In this document: piece after piece, positions 27,121-39,100 of the stretch
Layout of the letters: each line of letters starts with the position of its first letter
How positions within the stretch are numbered: the stretch's first letter is position 1
Assembly: GCF_009834535.1 (NCBI RefSeq)
Contig: NC_045696.1
Span: 120,282,001-120,346,000 of the forward strand
Origin: Camelus ferus
Lineage: Eukaryota
DNA length: 64,000 nucleotides
Direction: 5' to 3'
The notes under the pieces: model-generated
Told to the model about the DNA's origin: nothing
What the model saw: only the letters and a program-made list of their open reading frames with translations
Database searches by the model: none
Made by a program: the position numbers and the translations under genes

Positions 27121-30100
27121 CGCGCGCGCGTGCGTACATGTACACACACTCACTGAGGCAGGTAAGTACAGTAGAAAAGAAGATGAGCTCTGACTTTAAC
27201 TAGATTAGGGTTCAACTCGCTTCACTACCTGAGCCTTGAACTTGCTCATCTGTAAAATCAGGACAGTGCCTACATCAGAGTATCCTTGTAGGTTTAGTGT
27301 CATAAACACCAGCCATTATTCCTCTATGGTGAACGCAGATCTGGTACATATGAAACCCTGGTACATACAGAAACACGTATTTGTATTTTTGTTCTGGCTA
27401 AAAACCAAGTAACCAAAAGTTAGGGAGAACAAACTTGCAAATTCGTGTACCTGATTGTTATTTCTCTTATTAACATAGCCACTTACTAATGGAAGATGGT
27501 ATGTGTTGATGGCTGGTCTTAGCACATGAAAATGCTGTCTGCTGAGAGGCATGTTAGCTTCTGGATTAGGATAAAGGATGCAGGAGTCAAAGCATCAAAG
27601 TCCACACGCCAGCTTTATCAGTGATGGGCTGCCAACCTGGAGTGGTTACTTACTGTCTTCCTGCCTTGGTCCCTTGTGTGTAGGCTTCTTGTGAAACTTA
27701 AAGGTAATAATGTGTGCGGACACTTAGAAGAGTGCTTGGCCCACGGTCAGCGCTGCATAAAACTTAGCTCTTGTAAAAGTTGGCTGAGGTGTGCCCTGAG
27801 GAGAAAAGGAAAAGAATTCTCACTTATTTGAACTTACAAAAGTGACAGTGTGTTGGAATTTTCTCTGAGTCACTCAAATCAAAAGAAAACTAAGCGAGCC
27901 CATAAGCAGGACTCAAAGCAAAATCCTAAATCACAATGTAATCGGTTTTTCTTCCTGTTGTGGGCAGTAGCAGCGTGGGGTCTTCAGGATGTCTTAGAAA
28001 GAGGACCAGAGTCAATGTTCCCTGACGTTTCCTGGAGCTGATGCCAAGGAGAGTAAAAGGGCTTCAGGAAGCATAAGCTGGATTGTAAGTCAGGTCTCTC
28101 CAGGGAGGAGGTCATGGACCAGTCTGAAGAGATGCAGTATGCTTTTTGTAGGTCAGGGAATTGCATTTCAGAAGCCCAACCCCTGGCACACTCAATGGAG
28201 GAGGCAAACTGTGGGCCAGGAAATGGGCCACGAGATGGAGAACAGAGGCAGAAAGGCTAAGGAGCTGAGCTGAAGGGCCTAGAAAAAGCCTGACTGGTCT
28301 CAGCAGAGGTGGATGGAGGGAGACACAGCATATTGGTTAAGGGGCAGTTTCAACTGCTCCAGCAAAAGGACCGCACACTGCACAACCCGGAATATTGTTT
28401 CACTCCTGTGTCACGGTCCAGGGTAAGCCGTCCTGGTCTAGCAAAGAGGCTGGTCCATGCACAACAGAGCATCCATCTCTAGGTCAAAAGTGGAGCGTCT
28501 GTTCCCATCACCTTGCATTTGTGGGAAGGGAGATGGGGCCAGGAGAGCTCCATTGTTTCGCTATTAAGACGCAGAAGCGGCCAGATCACTCCTGCTCAGA
28601 CCTGTTGGCCAGAACACAGTCACAGGGCCCCCATCTAGCTTCAAGGAAGCCTGGGAAATATAGTCTGTACCTGGGTGACCATCTGCCCAGTTGAAACTTT
28701 ATTGACATGGAAGAGATGGGGGAACCGATAGCAGAGGACAAGAAACAGTCTCTGTTCCAAGTAGAGGCAAGAAGGTAGATTCTGTGAATAGTAAACCACA
28801 TGTATAAGTCTTTTCTTCTGACGTGCGTTTCCTGGAAGAGAGCCTTGCACATTTCACAGCACTGGGGCTTTGCCAAGGACACCAGCATCTTCAGTGACTT
28901 CCCTGTTTACAACTTCCAAAATGGCCCCAGGGCAGCTGCGGATCTCCAGTGATGGCCTTAGTGCCCCCTGGTGGGCCTTATACAAGTTATTAAAAATAGT
29001 CAGCATCTTTTAATTCTTCTAGGGCTGATGCTCACTGTTCATTTTCAAATAGTATGGGATAGACTCTGCGCATAGTGGGGGGGGGCTGGTAAGAAAATGG
29101 AGGTGGTAACTAAGAAGATACATGCTGCGTTTACACAGCCTGTAAATATATTGTCTTTAGCATGTATCTTCTTAGTCTTAACCCTTTTGTCTATATGTGA
29201 TATATATAAATAAATACATATTTGTCTTAGTATATTATTAATATACATTAATATATTAATGTATAAACGTATGTAATATAAATATATATTTACCTATATA
29301 TAATATATATGCACGATAGTACGTATATGTATATGTATGTATACATATACACACACCTGTACTATGAGTTATTAACATATTTTATGGCTTATAGAAATTA
29401 GTATTCTATGTGTATATATGTGTACAGATACCTATTTACATGTGCATATATATGTCCACTTCCCATCAGTAGGATATCTACAAATTTTATGTATAAATAA
29501 ACAGTCCATGTTGAATGGATACATACTTACTAATGTCTTTATTACCTCTCGTAAAAGCTTTTGACCCCAATTTCTAATGTTGATTTATAGTGTTTATCAA
29601 ATCACTTTAAATTATCCCAGAAAATTGTGCTATATAAATATTCCTGGGAACTTTGTGTTTCAAGAAAATACATAAAACCATAGAATATTACTCATATTAG
29701 TGTCTAAAATTGATTGCTCTTCTCTGATTTCCTTTTTTGATCACCATTGTGTCTTTAACCCATAGCCTGAAGTTTGCCATTTTGTACACATCAAGAATTA
29801 TGAATGAGTGAATTATGAATAAATGCATAATGCATGCATGAAGAAACGAATGAATGAATGCATACTCCGGGAGTTGCATTTCTTCTTTAAAACTTCTTAG
29901 GTCATCTTCAGTGAATTTCTGATTTAGGGTTCTAGTCAACAGGCTTCTATAAAAGAAGTAACACTTTCAGGTGCAACGGCAGTTGCTTGAGTTAATTTTT
30001 GATATTTTCTGATTAATGGATTTATTTCTGCTTTACTGTCTGCATGGATCCTGAGAGCCATGCCAACCTGGTTTATTTCTGGTCTTTTTGATTACGTGCA

Positions 30101-33100
30101 GGATGTGAAGACATGAAGGCTGACATCATGTTTCTGGTGGATGGTTCTAGGAGTATAGGACCTGAAAATTTTGTGAAAATGAAAACCTTCATGAAAAACC
30201 TATTAGCTAAGATTCAGGTTGGTCCAGACAAAGTCCGGATTGGTGTCATCCAGTTCAGTGACTATAATAAGGAAGAATTCCAGCTTGACAAATACTTCAC
30301 ACAAGAAGAAATTTCTGATGCCATAGACAGCATGTCTCACATCGACCAGAACACTTTGACTGGAAGTGCACTAACCTTCGTAGCTGACTACTTCACCGAG
30401 CCCAGGGGGGGCCGTCCCACAGTCAGAAAGTTCCTCATCCTCATCACGGATGGAGAAGCCCAAGATGAAGTCAGAGACCCCGCGAGAGCCCTTCGGGACA
30501 AAGGTGTGACCATCTTCTCCGTGGGGGTGTACGGTGCCGTTAGGTCTCAGCTGGAGGAGATCAGTGGGGACAGCAGCCTGGTCTTCCATGTTGAGAACTT
30601 CGATGATCTAAAGGCTATAGAGAAAAAGCTTGTCTTCCGTGTGTGCGCTCTTCACGGTAAGGGACCCTGTCACCCTTCAGGGCTCGAGGGTGGGTGCTGA
30701 CGACTTCAGAGTGGGGTGGACAGTGACTGGCACTCTGGACTTCAGTCTTAACTTTTGGTCTTCTCTATATTGAGTAAAACACTCATGACTCATGATTTCT
30801 AGGGATATTGCAATTTTGTCCACTAACTTGTCAGCAAAGTAGTCTGACTTTGATGACTTCAAATATATTCCAAGAGGGTCTCAGATTTATATATGTAACT
30901 TCCAGCTCTTTAATACCTGTGTACCTAGAGTTCTCCAGAGCCAGTTTTTAATCCCAGCTGACTCCTCCAAATTGTTTCTTGGCTGCCTATAACCATTGTT
31001 AAGCAGTAACTAATTAGAGATACAAATTCATCGTCCTGTTAGTTAAGTACAATATCCTAAGCGCACTCCAGCCGCCCCAGCAAAACCCTCTGTGTTTTAA
31101 ATATATGGTGTGTGTTTTCATTACTTTGTGTTAGCCTTCTTACCCTCAGTCAGCTTAGCATTTCACATGTGCCTGTTCATGCATCCATCTCTTTGGAAAA
31201 CTTCACCTTGTTACTTTAAAAAAAAAATAATTGCTTGGGAGTGAGGCATCATCCTTTTCATCTGACAAACTGTAGCGCTTTTTGAATTATATTGAACAAC
31301 CTGCAGTTTGAGCCCATCAGTTTTTTTTCTTTTCTTTTTGTTTTGTAGAGGGGGAGGTAGTTAGGTTTTTTTTTTTTTTTTAATAGAGGTACTGGGGATG
31401 GAACCCAGGACTTGGTGCATGCTAAGTGTGTGCTCTACCACTGAGCTCTGCCCTCCCCACAAGCCTGTCAATTTTAATGGTTCTTGAGTGAGAACTTGCT
31501 ATAAATCTATCACATGTTGTGATCTGTGTTTTGGACACCATGAAGGGAACAGACCAAAGCATTAGTACATTTCTTGTATGCTGTTCCTCTGGCAACACAG
31601 ACACCTCCTTTGGACTTCGTTCTTCAGAATCCCGTGTGTGAAAACTTCAGAAAGTTAACAAATTAAGATAAACTCTGAGTTTCAGGCAATAGCTCTAAGA
31701 TTTCCCTTGTCACAGCTTAACTGGAAGTTTTTTCTTCCTCCAAAAAGTGATTCCGAGCCTCTCGGTGCTGTGAAACTTTAGCTGACTTGTGTATGAGCTC
31801 ACCTCATACATGTTTATCAAGTCGACTCATTAAATGTTCACCCAGTGGTGACTAGTCGCCACATCCCAGTGGGTCACGGCCCCAGGTTCCTCCTGACACA
31901 GCCTGGGCTCTTCCACAAGTGGATGAGACTTGGAATTTTGAGACCTGGTTGCCAGAAATAAGGGTTGGAGGTAGGGTAGGCAGGTGGGAGGGGGCAGGAA
32001 GGGAGCCCTGGGGAGGCACATGCTTAAGTGACTGAAGGGAGGAAGGGGTGGAAACTGGCTGACACTTTGGAGATCCTGCAGCGTGGCCACTTGGCTTCTC
32101 ACGTGGAGGAGGGGTCGGGGCTAGGATGAGGCGATAGGAGTTTAGCTCTGCTGCCACGTGGGGCCTTTCTGACTTTCACTTCGGGAGGTCAGGGGAAGGA
32201 ACACAGGTAGATGTGAAGAGGCCTGGTGCACCTGGGAAAGCTTCTCTCCCAGAAGCCGAGCAGGTGAAACTCCCAGTGTATACACTGAGCCCCGGAGTCC
32301 TTCAGCACTGCAGGCTGGTCGGACCAACACTGGTCATGTGTCACCACTCTACTGACACTGAATGACTTTCTGACATGCCCTGCTGGTTGAAAGACCACTT
32401 AGCAAAAGGCATGGCACGTCCCAATGAGATTTAGCAGAACAGAGTGGGGAGGCGTGGGGACCACTGGTCATGGGGTCCTGTCCATTAAAGGTGCCGATGT
32501 CCTTGCAATCATGATCCGGGCAAGTGGGACATCTCAGAGCCTCCTCTTCTTTCTCCAAAACATGGCAACAGCCACCCCTGAGTGAAGAGTTGCTCCTGGC
32601 CCGTGGCAGGCTCGTGGCAGATGTCAGTTGGCTTTCCCTCCTGAGCGGCCAGGCGTAGAACCTGCTGCAGAACAGGTTTGCGATGCCTGCCTTCTTCTCC
32701 TTTCAGATTGTAAAAGGATTAAGCTGTTAGACATCGTGTTTGTGCTGGACCACTCAGGCAGCATCAGCCGCCAAGACCAAGAAAGCATGATGAACCTCAC
32801 CATCCACCTGGTGAAGAAATCGGACTGTGGGCCCGGACCGAGTTCAGTTTGGAGCGCTCACGTACTCTGACCAGCCCGAGGTTCTCTTCTACCTCAACAC
32901 CTACTCGAACAGGTCCGCGGTCGTTGAGCATCTGAGGAGGCGCCGGGACACCGGCAGGAGCACCTACACCGCCCGGGCCCTGGAGCACGCCGGCAGCCTG
33001 TTCACGGAGGAGCACGGCAGCCGCATCAAGCAGAACGTGAAGCAGATGCTGATCGTCATCACGGATGGGGTGTCCCACGACCAAGACCTGCTCGGGGACG

Positions 33101-36100
33101 CAGCCTCGAAGCTGAGGCGCCAGGGCATCGTCATCTATGCCGTGGGTGTAGGACAGGCCAACCAAGAGGAGCTCGAGATGATGGCGGGGGACAGAAACTA
33201 CACTGTCCATGTGAGTGACTTCAGCAAGCTGAAGGATGTCTACCAGTCTCTGCAAGACAGCATGTGCACCAACGCAGGAGAGGGTAAGTGCTTCCAGTGC
33301 CTCTTCCGGGGTGGCAGTCAGTTTAAGCAGGAAGTAAATGATGAGTCTTGGCTTCCCATTACCTGGGTGTCACAGGCTGCATCGTTCTCTGCTCAGGCTT
33401 CGTGTTTCTCATCTCTGGAAGAAATGCACTGATGAAGCAGGAGTCGACAGGTCCTTCGCCACCATGGTGTGCCTTGAAGCGATGCAACACGAAGGTTTCA
33501 GAAGCGTTCCTTGCTCTCTGGCCTCGCTGTTGCCCTTTTCTTGGCAGGAAGAACCCTTCTTAGGGTCATATTCACCTCTGCTCATTCACGGTTACCTGTG
33601 CCGCTCCGTTTGCGTGATGGTGTCAGAGCAACCACGGGGCATCAGTTTCAGGCCAAACTCAAGTGCAGAGTTTCATGGTTTCAACAGGTAGACTTGTTTT
33701 CAGAGATCCAGGGCCGTCTAAATGGGATTATCAACATCCTGTAGGGCCGTTGGACGTCCAAGTGGTGCGATGAGTTTTTCTGAATAAGGGCCACAAGTGC
33801 AGAAAGGAGGAATGGGAGCTGAATGTGGAGTCATAGAGACGGGGAGGGAAGGGGCCAAAGCCCACTCCATGGGATACGGCTGGGTTAGGATGGGCTGGAG
33901 GCATCACACCCGAGTGAGGAGACGGTGAGATCTGCCCCTGACCTTGAAGCAGGGGAGACTGACAGGTCACCCAGGAGGGCGGCTGTCCCTCCTCAGAAGG
34001 CTGGAATCCTTGCCGGCTATTGGCCCAGTCCTCCCGACCTGGGCAACGCACCAGCCAATCAGCTAGCTTCCTGTCTTCCCTCTTCCCCTCCTTCTGCCGA
34101 CTTCCTGCTCTTTTTCCTCTCCTCCTCCCTCCCTTCCTCTCCCCCAGTTTGCAGCCTACTTTTGTATCCAACACAAATCGTGTTTCTCGGACTGGCGTTA
34201 ACCCACTCTCATCCCTGTGAGACAGTCCAGCCCCAAACAAAACCTCCCCCAACGCCTGTGTCAGCCTAGCATTTGCTGTGCTGGCTGAGAATATGTCTGA
34301 CCTCCGCAGCTGGACCTTACTTAAGTCAGCAATAAATCCAGCTCCTTGGTTTCAGATGCTGCGTGATGGTTGCATGTTCAGGGAAACGTGACTTGTCCCG
34401 AGGCAGTGGGACCACCTCAGTTCTTACGCCTGTGCCCCCCTTGCCATCTGTCCTGTGCCTTCCAGTCCCTCTTTAACATGAAGCAATCTTCCTGACACAC
34501 GCTGGACTATGTCACTGATCTGCTCACGGGTCACAGTGTCTAAACTCTCGAGCTCCATGTAGCCCCCGCTGACATTTCCAACCTCATCTATTGCCCCACC
34601 CCCCACAGCCTCTCCAGCCATTCTGAAATCCCCGCATCTCCCAGCACTGTTCCACCCACCACGAACACACCAGCCCACCGCTTCCCCTGGCTACGTCTAG
34701 CTTCTCTGTCACATTTCAGCCTTTGTTTGCCCGTTTCCTGACCCAGCACCCGGCAGGGTCCCCACCGTGTCCCCCAACTCCTGCACCTCCTGCTTCTCCA
34801 GGTGGTTGCACTTGACACATGTTTGCTGTTTCCTCACGTGCGCCTGTCACAAGACTAGGCGCTCCTTGGGCAGGCTTGGCCTCTTGTTGGTCCTCGGGTC
34901 CCCACCAAACCTTAGGATGTTGTTGGGACTTCCATCTTTTCCTCGGAGTGCAGGACTGTCTTCTTCTCATCCCCTGGACCTGCCCTTTTGGAGGTAGATG
35001 CTAAGATGGAGTCTGGGATGCAAGATGTTTATTAGGGACGACGGCTGTGAAAGAAAAGGGGGAAGCAGAAGAGGCAGAAGTCAGCGACGCATGTCCCGAC
35101 GTCTCAGTTACCTTCCGTGATCACTTCCGGCTGCAGCATCCCAGCCTTTGCACTTGATTAGAGCTGGGTGTGGGAGGTCATCACCAGGTTACGGGCCGTT
35201 TCCCACTGGCCTTCAGGGAGATGACCCTGTGCCCAGTTTACTAGCTGTGAGCACTTGCCCCGTGAAGTTTTAATATCTGGGCTATGGTATTATTAAAACA
35301 ACTTGTAGTAGAAAAAATCCTGGATGTAAGGGTAAAGGGGACCCAGGTACCAACTCAACCGCATAGTAGTTATGTATTCTGAGGCAAGTTCCTTACCCTC
35401 TGGATTCTGTTCCTCTTGCAGGGGGTGGGAATTAGGTCTATTCATTGATCTATCTATCTATCTATGTATCTATCTATCTATCTATCTATTTATTTAAAGG
35501 AGGTACCAGGAGTTGAACCCAGGACCTTGTGCATGCTAAGCACGCACTCTACCGCTGAGCTATATCCTCCCCCCAGATATTTTTATTTTATTTTGTTTGT
35601 TTGTTTATTATTTTTTTGATAGAGGTACTGGGGACTGTGAGACGACTCCTGAGCTGTACCCTCCTCCTCCCGATTCTATTTCTGTGCCTAAAATCAGAAT
35701 AATTCCTCCTAAGGTGGCCATGAATATTAACCATTGTTGTATGCTGGAAACGTTTTTTAAATGATCATTCTCAGCACAGATGTAAAGTGGTGGCACAATA
35801 GGAGCAGGATTACTATCGCAGGGCAGTGGTACCATTGCCGTGACTCGGGTGAACCTCCCGGGGGGGTGTGTAGAAGGGATTCCTCACCTTCGCCGTGACC
35901 TTCTAGTGGACATATTCAGGAGCCAAATTTCTTACTTTCCTTCCCAGAGTAGCTTTCAGCATCCTTTCAAATGAATTGTGTAAATAATTAAGATTTGAAA
36001 CAAAATTGACCCTTTTTCTCCTCCCTGCTGTCTTCCCCGCTCTTCGAGGGCCGCTGGTGGTTCTCTCCTCTGTCCACTTATTTGCCACGAATGTGAGGAT

Positions 36101-39100
36101 TTAGCAAAGCAGTTTAACTATTAGAACAAAGGGAAAATTTACAGTAATCCCTAAGGACAGTAACTGATTTCTTGTTCTTCGATTGCAGTCTGTCAAGTTC
36201 CAAAAGCCGACGTGATCTTCTTTTGCGATGGCTCGACTAGGGTGTCCAATACAGAATTTGTTACCATGATGACTTTCTTGTCGGACTTAATGGATGATTT
36301 TGACAGTCAGTCTCAAAGAATGCAAATTGGGATGGCTCAGTTTGGGGTCCGCTACCAAGAAATTATTGAGTTGCAAAATTCTCTGACTCCAGCCCAGCGG
36401 AAGGCTCGGATTCAGACCATCACCAAGAGTGGCGGGCATCCGAGGATGGACTTGGCCCTTAAACAAGTGGGTGTTATGTTTGAGCCATCTGCTGGGAGCA
36501 GAAGAAACGCTGGTGTCCCCCAAATTTTGGTTGTCATCACATCTGGGGACCCCACCTACGATGTGGCAGCTGCAGCGAAGACCCTGAGAGAAGACGGAAT
36601 TTGCATTCTGGTTTTGGGCATCAGAGATGTTCATAAGGAACAGCTTCTGCCGATAACGGGCAATTCTCAAAAAATCATCACTTTTCAAGACTTTGATAAG
36701 CTGAAGAAGGTGGACGTGAAGAAAAGAATGGTCCGTGAAATCTGCCAGAGTTGCGGGAAAACCAGTAAGTGTCCCCTGGCTCTTTCCTTGTTTTTATTCA
36801 GCTGTAGTTCCCAGTTGTCTGCTTCCCGAGGAGTCTCGAGTCTAGCAGAGCGCAGTGTACAATGGTGTGCAGTGCGAATAGACATCTCCGCTGTTTCCAG
36901 GCAGGCTGGGCTCAGCCAGCCTCCCCCAGACCCAGAGGCAAGGGCGCAGAGGCCGGAGGAGGCCTGGGTGATGGCCTCTGGTCCGCCCTGCCCCTCTCTG
37001 CAACCCAGTGTCTATGCAGGTCTTAGTACCCGGAACTCCTCTCCTATTTCTCCCCTCTCCACTTCCAGAAGTCGGAGAACAAGGTCTTGCATCCCATAGG
37101 AAGTAAGTAAAAGGAGCATTTGCTGATTGGAAGTTTGACTATTTTAACTTTGTGAAACCAGCTTGTCAGGGACTCAGTGCACGTGCATGTGTGTGTCCGT
37201 CCGTGGGAGTGCATGTCTGTCTCTTAATGATGGCATTCACCTAATCGTAACATAGTGAAGATCTGACTTATCCTTAGGGATTATTTAATTTCCAGAGGGC
37301 CCCAAATGCCAGTGGCTGCAAAGGTGAGGAGGGTAGTGGAAGTGAGGCAAGGGGACAGGGAGAGAGGAAATGAATGCTGAGCCCTGGCCCATCTGATGGG
37401 GATGTCACCCTTCCGCTCCAGCTGAGGGCCCCCGTGTGGGACTCACGTTCTGTGCATTTGGGGCTGGGGGCTGGGAGGACAGAGCCCCAGGAAGCAGCAG
37501 TGAATGATAACACTTTGTGGAATTTGCACAACATGAGGAAATGCCCCAGGGTGCGTCTGGTTCTTGACTTGTTACAGTTGAAGCCACTTCTTTCACACAA
37601 CATAGTGGCTTTTCTGAGCCCTCTGTTGGGGAGCTCACCTGGGAGCAGATTACAGTGGTGGAAAGAGCCCTGGTGGGGGCTGGAATCAGGAAGCCAGGCT
37701 TCCAACTCTGGTACAGCGGCAGCAACCTCCACGAGTCACTGCCCCCTCGACGGTCTGGACGGGCTCAGGGGTGACCAGGTGGCGACTTGCAGTCGAGTTG
37801 TGTTGGTCCTGTCTGGTGTGGACAGCCTGTGGAATTAGTTGACTGCTTTTGCATATTGGAGATTTTCCACTGAAATGTAGATTTCACCAGCAGGGATTGG
37901 GGGTGCAAAGGGATAAATTGGGAGTTCGAGATTTGCAGATATTAACCACTGTACATAAAATAGATAAACAACAAGTTTCTGCTGTATAGCATGGGGAACT
38001 ATATTCAATATCTCATAGTAATCTATAATGAAAAAGAGTATGAAAACAAATATATGTACATTCATGTATGACTGAAGCATTGTGCTGCACACCAGAAATT
38101 GGCACAACATTGTAAACTGGCTACACTTCAGTAAGAAAAACGCAATTGTATGAAGTTGGAAAACAAAACAGACAAAGAAAGAAATGTAGATTTTAGGCTT
38201 CTCTTTGAAAAATCGGGCAGTGTGACCACACTGGGCCCCCTTTCCCGCCGGCGACGCTCGGCTGGAGTTAACAGTGAACAGACGGGTTGCTGCTCTGTTT
38301 TCATCTCTCACTCCCTGCCCACGAGACTCGTTTCCGTTACCCTCCTGGGCTTCACAGCCATCTGAGTTAGTGACCTCTGGGTTAAATAGACCCTAAGGAC
38401 AATTCAAATACTTACTATGTTATAATTCTATGAATCAGAATATGCCATCATTAAAAGAATAAAATACACGTGCATTCGCGTGCGTGTGCATACGCACACA
38501 TACACATACATGCACACGTGCACACACACACATACTCACACACACAGGAAGCCAGCCACTGAGAATGAGACTAGACTGTGATCAGACTTCAAATAGCTAC
38601 TGAAACTTAATAGCATTTGCAAGGGCACTGAGGAAACACCATGTTTCATCTTGATCGAGAAGCCAGTATCTTCCTTCTTGGATGCTTTGGGTGCCAGGGA
38701 CCCTCCAGTCCTGGGCCATGACCGCTTCCTCCCTCTTGCCATGTCTATCCTACCTTGCTTCCATCTGCTCATTAACTCGACCTTGTTTCCCGTGGTCTCC
38801 AGACTGCTTTCTGGACGTCGTGGTCGGCTTCGACATTTCCACACACCTGCTGGGGCAGCCGCTGTTCCACGGCCACCCCCGGCTGGAATCCTACCTCCCA
38901 GGCCTTTTAGAGGACATCTCCTCCATCGGGGGGGTGAGCTGTGGGGCAGGTGCAGAGGTGCAGGTGAGTGTGGCCTTTAAGGTGAACAGTGAGAAGAGTT
39001 TCCCTACCAAGTTCCAAATCTACCAGAAAACAATATGGGAAAACCTCCTGCAAGAAACCGTCTCTGGGCCAACTCACCTGAACGCGCAGTTCCTGCAGTC

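Noticed and set aside
32810..32840. Programmed ribosomal frameshift or a tiny intron explaining the frame change
   Set aside because: No slippery heptamer is present and the excess is a single nucleotide, leaving no room for an intron.
36765..37099. Read-through extensions of VWA ORFs (e.g. the 295-aa ORF to 37099, the 287-aa ORF to 39545)
   Set aside because: Domain similarity ends exactly at canonical GT donors; the extensions are intronic.
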